A DNA stretch of 10,376 nucleotides from an uncultured Thermococci archaeon (GTDB lineage: Archaea > CAYQAE01 > CAYVLA01). A program made the translations under genes and the position numbers. The notes under the pieces were generated by a model that was not told where the DNA came from, did not search any database, and saw nothing but the letters and a program-made list of their open reading frames with translations. Of this stretch, positions 1 through 7,135 are shown piece after piece (the first letter of the stretch is position 1; the number at the start of each line of letters is the position of its first letter). The stretch spans positions 1 to 10,376 of the forward strand of contig CAZJVP010000014.1 in assembly GCA_964549615.1 (NCBI GenBank). Reading direction: 5' to 3'.

Positions 1-860
1 ATGGGATCGGCCACGAAGCTTCCAGGTAGGCTGGCAAAAAACCTCGTGACGATCCGCCAAAGGAGTTCGTGTTCCTGGCTGAGTGAATCTCTCCCTACAA
101 CAGCTTTAGAATTGAGCTTCTTCAACGCGCGCCTAGAGTAGCCTATCCAGTAAGCCCTTGCCTTGATGAAATCCTGGCTCAAACGGCACCTATGAACCCG
201 ATGCCATACCCTGGCCGTTGGTGAGTAGATGATGCGCTTACCGGTCTTGGCTTTGACCCTTAGGGAAAATTCGTTATCTTCCGCCATCGGCCCTTTGTGG
301 TAGCCGAATTCGTTGCAGAAGAGGCCACACTGGTCGAAAGCCACTCTCTTGAATGACATATTCATCCCCCAGGCATTTCTCACTTCCCTCACCTCTTTCC
401 AGTCGGCCCAAGCGGTGCAACTGATAATCCAGTAAAACTCCTCCGGAAACCAAGACATTGACTTGTCTTCCCACAAAGGAAAGGCAGGACCGGTGACACC
501 GACAATTGAACCATCAGCATGGGCCTTCACCATCTCCTCTGCCCAGTCCGAATAAAGGACAACATCGTCATCGACAAAGGCGATGATGTCCCCGGTTGCC
601 TCTCTTATACCCAGGTTCCTCGCGGCGGACAATCCCGGCTCGCCGTCATTGAGAATCACTTTGATGCCGCGGACACCGTTTTCTCTGATGTAAGCCTCGA
701 CTCTATCCCGCAGCTCCGTCGAGCGCTCGGCAACGAAAATGGTCTCGATGTTCGGATATGTCTGGGCTCTTATGCTCTCAAGGAGATCGTAGATATCTCT
801 TAGCCTCTCCGTGGAATAGGAAGTTACGATGACAGAGAGCAAAGGTTTCCCAGACACCAA
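1..860 (-). CDS. Family 2 glycosyltransferase, AglG-like; 3' end lies beyond the left edge of the window
   Basis: Missing from the ORF track because it has no stop in the window; translated by hand. Start is TTG 860 or GTG 857, after GAGGGT. Reads (M)VSGKPLLSVIVTSYSTERLRDIYDLLESIRAQTYPNIE...GLSAARNLGIREATGDIIAFVDDD...WFPEEFYWIISCT...EVRNAWGMNMSFKR...AEDNEFS... and is open to position 1. Shows the GT-A DDD motif, ARN motif and ED catalytic region. The PEEFYW and VRN-x-x-G-x-N-x-SF segments resemble haloarchaeal AglG as I recall it. Confidence 0.88.
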   Translation of the reverse strand, partial: MVSGKPLLSVIVTSYSTERLRDIYDLLESIRAQTYPNIETIFVAERSTELRDRVEAYIRENGVRGIKVILNDGEPGLSAARNLGIREATGDIIAFVDDDVVLYSDWAEEMVKAHADGSIVGVTGPAFPLWEDKSMSWFPEEFYWIISCTAWADWKEVREVRNAWGMNMSFKRVAFDQCGLFCNEFGYHKGPMAEDNEFSLRVKAKTGKRIIYSPTARVWHRVHRCRLSQDFIKARAYWIGYSRRALKKLNSKAVVGRDSLSQEHELLWRIVTRFFASLPGSFVADP

Positions 861-867
861 GAGACCC

Positions 868-1916
868 TCAAAAATACATCGGGCGGTGCCAAGATTGGAG
901 CCGACCCTCCGGGTTGCCAGAGAGGGACGTGCTATCGGGCAGAACCACCCACTCCTTAGGTGCCATCCTTTTTTGAATCCAAGCGTAGGTCCGTCTAAGC
1001 CCGTCCTCGAGCTCAACCCTACGACTCCAACCACGCAGGGACCTAGCCCTACAGATGTTCGCTGTCCTGCCCATGGGACCTGTTGGCTTGGACGGGTCGT
1101 ACCTCATCGTGATGTTCTTCCCAGAGATCTCGACGATCTTCTCGGCCAGAACCCTGACAGGCACCGAATCGTCGGACCCGATGTTGACGACTAGCGGCGG
1201 GTTCGAGGCCGAAACCTCCAACCTCAAGAGCGCATCGACGCAGTCGGACACGTAGGTGAATGGGCGGGTCTGATCCCCAGAGCCCCAGACAACGAAATCA
1301 ACCTCAGGGTACATGATCGCCTTCTGGATCAGCGCGGGTATGACCTGCGCTGACTTGCCCAGTGCTGCACATGGGCCGTAGATGTTGAAGATCCTGGCGA
1401 TCCCTATGTCTATGCCCCTCATCCAGCCCAGCTGTATCTCGCCAAGAAGCTTGGCCCAGCCGTATCCTCCCTCGGGGTTGTAGTACCGCAGGTCGTCCTC
1501 GCTTAGACACGCACCGGGCCGCTGCTGTAGATCGATGGGATAGACCGAGACGCTAGACGCATATACGATCTTCCTAACCTTCGTCTCCATGCACGCCCTG
1601 AAGACGTTAGCATCGATCACGAGGTTGTCCTGAAGCGCCCTCAGCTCGGCCGTCTCGCTGCCGTGAAGGTACTCGACGCTGCCAACCTCGCCGCTAGGTG
1701 AAACACCACCTCCGCCCCTTCGACTGCTTTCAGAGCCACGTCATAGCTCCTAAGATCCATCGGCTCACATTCCATCCCCACCCCAAGATCCCGGAGGTTC
1801 TGCATACACCCGCGCGAGAAGTCGTCCGCCACAACAACCTCCCTGCCCTCATCCAGCAAACGCTTCACCAGGTGGCACCCTATGAAGCCCGCTCCTCCCG
1901 TCACGACGGTCCTCAA
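868..1916 (-). pseudogene. NAD-dependent epimerase/dehydratase (extended SDR, GDP-mannose 3,5-epimerase/GDP-fucose synthase-like), split by a 1-nt frameshift (pseudogene or sequencing error)
   Basis: ORF 1641..1916 carries TGGAGFIG...VFHLAAR. ORF 868..1620 carries YASS, YGWAK (YxxxK), RIFNIYGP and WGSGDQTR. Adding one G at the GG run (plus-strand CC, 1686-1687) gives HLAARVGSVEYLHGSETAELRALQDNLVIDANVF and a continuous 349-aa SDR. The TTG start overlaps the upstream stop (TTGA). Confidence 0.85.
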
Positions 1917-2854
1917 CCGACCCTCACCAAGACCTCCGTGATCTTCCGCTCAAGTCGCCTAAGCATGATGGCTATCGTCCCAACCGCCAGCCCCAACGAA
2001 CCGAGAACGATAAGCAAGACGGAGAGCAGAAGGTACGTTGAGTGAACCACGCCGAACAGGAGGAAGCGGTACACAAACCATGCCAAGATGGCAAACCCTG
2101 GAACAAGCGCAAGCGAGGCAATGGCCGAGAAAAGCAGCACCGGGTTGTACTCTCGCGCCAACTGGAATATCGTCCACAGCGCTCTGAATCCCTGCCGCCA
2201 AGTCGGGGCCTTCTCCTTTCCAACGCGGGCACGGTAGTTTATCGGCACGTAGGTGACCCTGCCCTCCAGGAGGGTCTGGGCGGCTATCTCCTGGTCAACA
2301 ACGAAACCAGCCCTGTCCAACATCAAGCTCTTCGCCTTCTGCGTCCTCAGAAGATACATCCCGCTGCACACATCGGGGACGTTGCTCCCCATCAGGAGGT
2401 TGAAGGCCGTAGTCAAGACCCAGTTGCCAAACCTGTGGGTGCGCGAGATGTGAGGCGAGCCCCTCGGCCTAAACCCTATGACGTGGTCGTATCCGTTCAC
2501 AAAGGGCAGGAACCTGTCGATGTCCTTCGGGTCGTAGGTGCTGTCGCCATCCATCAAGATGAAGTACGGGGTCTGAACGATCTCCCTCGCGGTCAGCACG
2601 GCTCCAGCCTTGCCTTTTCCCTGCTGCCCGACGACCCGAGCGCCAGCCTGCCTAGCAATCTCGGCGGTTCCGTCCGTCGAGTACCCATCGACAACCAAGA
2701 TGTTCCTGTAGCCACACGACTTGATCTCCTCCGTCAGCCTCCCAATCGCCTCTGCCTCGTTGAGCGTTGGGAGCACCACCGTCACCTTGTCCCGCAGTGC
2801 CTCAAGATCGATGTCCGGCACCTTGTCGGTTCCCACATCCACTGCCGTCGACAT
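1913..2854 (-). CDS. Family 2 glycosyltransferase, polyprenol/dolichol-phosphate glycosyltransferase (AglJ/DPM-like) with two C-terminal TM helices
   Basis: Motifs VVLPTLNE, VVDGYSTDGT, GKGKA, MDGDSTYDP (DxD), GN...DVCSG and VPINYRAR, followed by NP and two hydrophobic segments. This architecture matches the archaeal AglJ-like family. ATG lies 3 nt after the upstream stop. Confidence 0.88.
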   Translation of the reverse strand: MSTAVDVGTDKVPDIDLEALRDKVTVVLPTLNEAEAIGRLTEEIKSCGYRNILVVDGYSTDGTAEIARQAGARVVGQQGKGKAGAVLTAREIVQTPYFILMDGDSTYDPKDIDRFLPFVNGYDHVIGFRPRGSPHISRTHRFGNWVLTTAFNLLMGSNVPDVCSGMYLLRTQKAKSLMLDRAGFVVDQEIAAQTLLEGRVTYVPINYRARVGKEKAPTWRQGFRALWTIFQLAREYNPVLLFSAIASLALVPGFAILAWFVYRFLLFGVVHSTYLLLSVLLIVLGSLGLAVGTIAIMLRRLERKITEVLVRVG

Positions 2855-2857
2855 GGG

Positions 2858-3805
2858 CTACCTGCCGGCCTCCGGTCCAAGCGTCCATCTCGTAGTTCGC
2901 CTAATGGCCTCCTCGGCGGAGAGCTTCGGCTTCCATCCCGTCGCTTTGATCCTCTCAAGCGATAGCTGCACAATCGGGTTGTCCCCGATCCAGCCCCTTG
3001 GACCGCCGGTGTACCTCCTTCTTACCCCCGACAGCCCCATCTCGTCGATCACGATGTCGGCCACCCTGTCAACCAGCGTCTGCTCCTCAAGCCCGAGGTT
3101 GAAGATGTTCACGCCGTCCGAGGCCTTCCCATATCCGAGCATGATCCCGTCCACGCAGTCCCCGACGTAGAGGTACTCCTTGCTCTGCTTCCCATCCCCA
3201 AGGATCTCCAGCTCCTTGGGGTTTTTGCGCAGCTTGTGCACGAAGTCCCAGATCACCCCGCGCCTGCACCGCTCCCCAACCACGTTCGCAAACCTGAAAG
3301 CCCAGAACCTGATGTCGGCAAATTGGGTGTAGGCCTCCGCAAACGCTTCGCATGCAAGCTTTGATGCCCCGTAAAGCGACGTCTGAACCGGCGCGTAATC
3401 CTCCGGGGTCGGCACAACCCTTGCCTCGCCATAGACGGCCGAGCTTGACGCAAACACCAGATCGCGCACCCCATGTTTGGCCATGCCCTCAAGGATGTTC
3501 AGGGTGCCGACCAGGTTGTGATCCAGGTCCGCCCTATGGTCGACGAGGCTTGTCCTTATGTTGGCGTGGGCGGCTAGATGGAAGACCGCGTCCTTCCCTT
3601 CCAGCAGTTTTTCCACCCTATCTGCATCGCGGATGTCGACGTTGAAAACCTCCAGCCGATCGTTTGCCGCATGCTGCCTCAAGTTATCCATGGTGCCGGC
3701 CGCGAAGTTATCCCACACAGCGACGTGGTGCCCATCATCTAAAAGCCGGTCGACCAGATGGCTGCCTATGAAGCCCGCCCCGCCCGTCACCACGACCCTC
3801 TTCAA
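2858..3805 (-). CDS. NAD-dependent epimerase/dehydratase, archaeal-type UDP-glucose 4-epimerase-like extended SDR
   Basis: Motifs [53 protein letters not shown] and [12 protein letters not shown] start follows GAGGTG and overlaps the upstream stop (TTGA). The substrate cannot be determined from sequence. Confidence 0.9.
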   Translation of the reverse strand: MKRVVVTGGAGFIGSHLVDRLLDDGHHVAVWDNFAAGTMDNLRQHAANDRLEVFNVDIRDADRVEKLLEGKDAVFHLAAHANIRTSLVDHRADLDHNLVGTLNILEGMAKHGVRDLVFASSSAVYGEARVVPTPEDYAPVQTSLYGASKLACEAFAEAYTQFADIRFWAFRFANVVGERCRRGVIWDFVHKLRKNPKELEILGDGKQSKEYLYVGDCVDGIMLGYGKASDGVNIFNLGLEEQTLVDRVADIVIDEMGLSGVRRRYTGGPRGWIGDNPIVQLSLERIKATGWKPKLSAEEAIRRTTRWTLGPEAGR

Positions 3806-4512
3806 ACAGTCACCTCGGGGATGCGTTGTGAAGCAAACTCTTCGAAATCCCTCAGGCCCGAAAAAGATCCGATCTCGTAGAACCTCTTCTCGGCCTGGTA
3901 TGCGAGAAGCTCACCACGCGAGATCAGCGCCTTGTAGAGGCCTTCAAGATCCGCAACCGCCCCGGCCTGGACCAAGCTCAAAGCCTCCTTCCTGAACGCG
4001 GAAAGCCCATAGTCGATATACACCATCCCCGGGCTGCGCCCCGCCTTGTCGTACGCCTTGACAAACCCTCCCTCGGCAACGACGTTGCTCCTGTCGTAGC
4101 GGTCGAAGTTGCGGTACACGACCATCAGCCCAAGCCTGTCTGAGCACCTCAACCTCTCAAACACATCCGCGTAGTCGATCTGCAGATACGAATCCCCATA
4201 GGTCAGAAGGAAGATCTCATCCAGCAGCGGCTCGGCCTTCTTCAAGGCCCCCGCCGTGCCCATCAAGCCTTTGTCCTCCACGCTGTACCTGATCCTTATC
4301 CCGAAGCGCTCCCCATCGCCCAGATGGTCCATGATCTTCTGCGCCAGGTAGCCCACGCACAGCACGGCCTCACTGATCCCACTGCGCCTGAACAGCTCAA
4401 GCTGGTGCTCGATGAAGGGCCTGCCCGCTACCGGTATCAGCGATTTGGGCGTATCCTTGGTTAGCGGCATCAGCCTGGTTCCCCGCCCCCCGGCCAACAC
4501 CACTATCTGCAA
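3802..4512 (-). CDS. hddC: Sugar-1-phosphate nucleotidyltransferase, likely D-glycero-alpha-D-manno-heptose-1-phosphate guanylyltransferase
   Basis: Motifs LAGGRGTRL...[23 protein letters not shown] and FYEIGS. Single domain of 236 aa with no hexapeptide tail. Start placed at TTG 4512 (MQIVVLAGG) after GGAGGAG, not the 4824 ORF-track start. The HddC call rests on its context next to hddA/gmhA/gmhB. Confidence 0.8.
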   Translation of the reverse strand: MQIVVLAGGRGTRLMPLTKDTPKSLIPVAGRPFIEHQLELFRRSGISEAVLCVGYLAQKIMDHLGDGERFGIRIRYSVEDKGLMGTAGALKKAEPLLDEIFLLTYGDSYLQIDYADVFERLRCSDRLGLMVVYRNFDRYDRSNVVAEGGFVKAYDKAGRSPGMVYIDYGLSAFRKEALSLVQAGAVADLEGLYKALISRGELLAYQAEKRFYEIGSFSGLRDFEEFASQRIPEVTV

Positions 4513-5159
4513 TCCTTGCTCCTCCCAGGACCCCATTGGGCGGCTGCGGCCACAGGGCCCGCCTCCTGGCCGAGAAGCTCTTGCTCTATCATCTTCGCCG
4601 CCCGGAGAAGGTCCGGAACCATGGCATCCGGCCTCCCGGACTCCTCCAACGCGCGGCACAGGTCGCACTTCGGCTGGGCGATCATGATCGTTTTGCAGCC
4701 CGCCGCCCTGCCGGCCTGAACGTCGCTTATCCCATCGCCAACCATGTAGCTTGCCGCAAGGTCCAAGCCAAGGTCCTTGGCAGCATTCAGGATCAGGCCG
4801 GGCTTTGGCTTCCTGCAGTCGCATATGGCCCTGTACTCAAGCAGCACGGCCTGCGGGTGGTGGAAGCAGTAGTACTCGGCATCCAGTCGGGCTCCCTTCT
4901 CCTTGAGAAGCGTGTGCATCTTCCTGGTCGTGCTTTCGAAAAGCCGCATCGTCGTCTTGCCCTTGGCCACCGCGGGCTGGTTTGAGGCCAGGACGACCTT
5001 TAGCCCAAGCCGGTTCAGAAGCGCTATCGCCTCCCCCGAGCCCGGAAGAAGCCTGAACTGCTCGGGCTTAAGCGGCGAATCCAACACCCCAAGCTCGGGG
5101 AAGTATACGATCTCGTTGATGGTGCCGTCCCGGTCCAGGAAAACCGCCCTACTGCCCAA
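4503..5159 (-). CDS. gmhB: D-glycero-D-manno-heptose-1,7-bisphosphate phosphatase (HAD IIIA)
   Basis: Motifs AVFLDRDGTIN, SNQ, zinc site CFHHP...CDCRKPKPG and MVGDGISD. Start is TTG 5159 or GTG 5168, overlapping the gmhA end. Confidence 0.9.
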   Translation of the reverse strand: MGSRAVFLDRDGTINEIVYFPELGVLDSPLKPEQFRLLPGSGEAIALLNRLGLKVVLASNQPAVAKGKTTMRLFESTTRKMHTLLKEKGARLDAEYYCFHHPQAVLLEYRAICDCRKPKPGLILNAAKDLGLDLAASYMVGDGISDVQAGRAAGCKTIMIAQPKCDLCRALEESGRPDAMVPDLLRAAKMIEQELLGQEAGPVAAAAQWGPGRSKDCR

Positions 5160-5817
5160 CGGGCACACCCTGGCCTTGGATCATCTCGCGAAGGGCGGCG
5201 CAGATCAGGTGGGTCAAGACGAGGTGAAAACCCTCAACCTGGGGAGTTGAGTTGACTGGGACCACTATGCTTGCATCGGCGATCTTTTTTAGGGCCCCGC
5301 CGTCGAATCCCGCCAGTCCAACGACCTTCCCGCCTCGCTCCTTGATGTACCTTGCAGCCTTCAACAGGTTCTGGCTCCACGGACCGGCCTGGTCCCGACC
5401 CGAGCCGCCGTGCACGCTGATCGCGACGAGCACGTCCCCGTCGCTTGCCAAGTTCTTGAGCTGCTCCAAGTAAACGTCCTGCCAGCCAAGATCGTTCGTT
5501 ATTGCGCTCACCCAGGGCACGTTGTCGGTCAGGGCCACCGCCTTAAACCTGGGCTTTCCCGTAACCGATGTGGACTTCGATAGGTCGGCGGCAAAATGCG
5601 TCGCGGTGGAGGCCGACCCACCATTGCCAGCAACGAAAACCTGTCTGCCTTCCCGCCATGCCGAGAACAGCACCCGGATGACCCCATCGATCTCCAGCCT
5701 TGAGACCCGGCCTATGATCCCGCCAAGATCCTCAAGGTACCTGTCGACATAACCCGTCGAGCTTGCAGCATGCCTACAGGTTGATGATGATCTTGGATCC
5801 TTCCCCGCCAAAGCCAA
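5149..5817 (-). CDS. gmhA: Phosphoheptose (sedoheptulose-7-phosphate) isomerase-like SIS-domain protein
   Basis: Motifs VFVAGNGGSASTATHFAADL, ALTDN, GDVLVAIS, GFDGG and VEGFHLVLTH. Start is uncertain: TTG 5817 or 5811 after GAGGTG, inside the hddA 3' end. Confidence 0.85.
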   Translation of the reverse strand: MALAGKDPRSSSTCRHAASSTGYVDRYLEDLGGIIGRVSRLEIDGVIRVLFSAWREGRQVFVAGNGGSASTATHFAADLSKSTSVTGKPRFKAVALTDNVPWVSAITNDLGWQDVYLEQLKNLASDGDVLVAISVHGGSGRDQAGPWSQNLLKAARYIKERGGKVVGLAGFDGGALKKIADASIVVPVNSTPQVEGFHLVLTHLICAALREMIQGQGVPVGQ

Positions 5818-6754
5818 ACTGCACCTCTCTCAGCCTCTCCCGCGCCATGGCCTTCCTGACCGCGTCCCGCCCGTCGCTGCAGCAAAACATCAGAAAGCCT
5901 CCCCCGCCTGCGCCCATGATCTTTCCTCCCAGTGCCCCGTTTTCCATGCCGATCTGGTACCATCTGTCTATTGCATCGGTTGAAATGCTGGGCGATGTCG
6001 CCCTCTTCGCAAGCCAGTGTTCGTGCTGGAGGCGGCCGAACTCCTCCACATCCCCGGCCTCAAGCGCCCCCTTCACCTTTCGACCTATCTCCTTTATCCG
6101 GTGAAAGGCCTCGCACGCTCCGTCGTTGCCCCGAAGCGCGGCGGCCTGGCTGCTCAAGACCTCCGAGGCGTCCCTCCTTATCCCCGTGTAGAAGAAGAGC
6201 AGGCTTCTGCCTAGCTCGGACACCACGTCGGGGGAAAGCTCTAGCGGGTTCACATCAACCCTGCCGGACCTGTCTATCTCAAGACACAAAAATCCCCCAA
6301 AAGATGCCACGTACTCGTCCTGCTTGCCGCTTGGCTCCCTCAATAGCTCCATGTTCAGATGGCATCCCTCCTCAGCCAGCCTGAAGCGATCCGGGTTCTC
6401 GCCCTTGTACGCGTGGAGGGCATGCAGCAGCCCGACCGAAAAACTTCCCGAGGATCCCAAGCCCGACCTTGCCGGAACGTCCCCGATCGAGATCACCTCA
6501 AGGTGGCTGTTGAGCCCAAGAAGCTTCAGCGCCTCCCTGACCACCGGGTGCTCCACTTTCTCCGCGCAGTCCACGATCTCGGTGACCGAGTAGCTTACCC
6601 GGATCTCCTGCTCAAACCGCCTCTTGACTATCACGTAGACGTACTTGTCAAGCGACGCGCTGACCACGAATCCGCCGAACTTGGAGTAGTAGCAAGGCAG
6701 ATCGGTCCCCCCGCCGCCCAAAGTCAACCTCAGCGGGGTTCTGGAGATTATCAC
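5774..6754 (-). CDS. hddA: GHMP kinase, D-glycero-alpha-D-manno-heptose-7-phosphate kinase
   Basis: Motifs RTPLRLTLGGGGTD, PARSGLGSSG (GHMP P-loop), GKQDEY and GGKIMGAGGGGF. GTG start follows GGTGA. Confidence 0.9.
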   Translation of the reverse strand: MIISRTPLRLTLGGGGTDLPCYYSKFGGFVVSASLDKYVYVIVKRRFEQEIRVSYSVTEIVDCAEKVEHPVVREALKLLGLNSHLEVISIGDVPARSGLGSSGSFSVGLLHALHAYKGENPDRFRLAEEGCHLNMELLREPSGKQDEYVASFGGFLCLEIDRSGRVDVNPLELSPDVVSELGRSLLFFYTGIRRDASEVLSSQAAALRGNDGACEAFHRIKEIGRKVKGALEAGDVEEFGRLQHEHWLAKRATSPSISTDAIDRWYQIGMENGALGGKIMGAGGGGFLMFCCSDGRDAVRKAMARERLREVQFGFGGEGSKIIINL

Positions 6755-6776
6755 GCATTCACCAATAACCCGGGCC

Positions 6777-7031
6777 CTAGGCGCCCGACTCTTCCTGTTT
6801 GGACGATGCGCCTGAGCCTGCAGCAGGCTCCTTTCCTACCGCGGGCTGGGACGGGGTGGAGGCCATCGTCCAACCTATCCAGGCCACGATCAGCAATACG
6901 ACCGCGACCGCTGCGAAGATGCTCAACTGTAGAACGACCACGGGGTAGGTGTAGAGGAGCAGCCCGTACACCGCAATGCCAACGATGCTCAGGATCATCA
7001 CCGCTGCCCCGATGGCCCTCTCCCTATCCAT
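6777..7031 (-). CDS. Small membrane protein, two predicted TM helices, function unknown
   Basis: ATG follows GGAGG. Two hydrophobic stretches (AIGAAVMILSIVGIAVYGLLLY and VVLQLSIFAAVAVVLLIVAWIGWTMA) precede a polar tail. It is co-oriented within the operon. The WIGWTMASTP segment resembles a small conserved archaeal membrane family (from memory, unverified). Confidence 0.8.
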   Translation of the reverse strand: MDRERAIGAAVMILSIVGIAVYGLLLYTYPVVVLQLSIFAAVAVVLLIVAWIGWTMASTPSQPAVGKEPAAGSGASSKQEESGA

Positions 7032-7135
7032 TCAGGGACCCCTCCCGACGAGCCATGCCCGCCACAATCCCGGGCATCCGACCCACGCTCTCCTTCCGCT
7101 GCTGTTGCCTGTCGCCGAACGCAGCACGCTTCCTC

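Noticed and set aside
30-70. Possible frameshift in the T/A runs near the left end of the AglG-like gene
   Set aside because: Recounting gives a continuous frame (ELLWRIVTRFFASLPGSFVADP).
2042-2965. 307-aa plus-strand ORF and the other plus-strand ORFs across the operon
   Set aside because: They lie opposite well-supported minus-strand genes and have no recognisable domains.
4513-4824. Long N-terminal extension of the nucleotidyltransferase in the ORF track
   Set aside because: It overlaps gmhB in another frame, and a strong SD plus TTG sits exactly where family similarity begins (4512).
3802-6754. Interpretation as the ADP-heptose (LPS core) pathway
   Set aside because: The kinase is GHMP-type and the transferase is an NTP_transferase type. 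There are no PfkB/cytidylyltransferase HldE domains and no GT9 heptosyltransferase.
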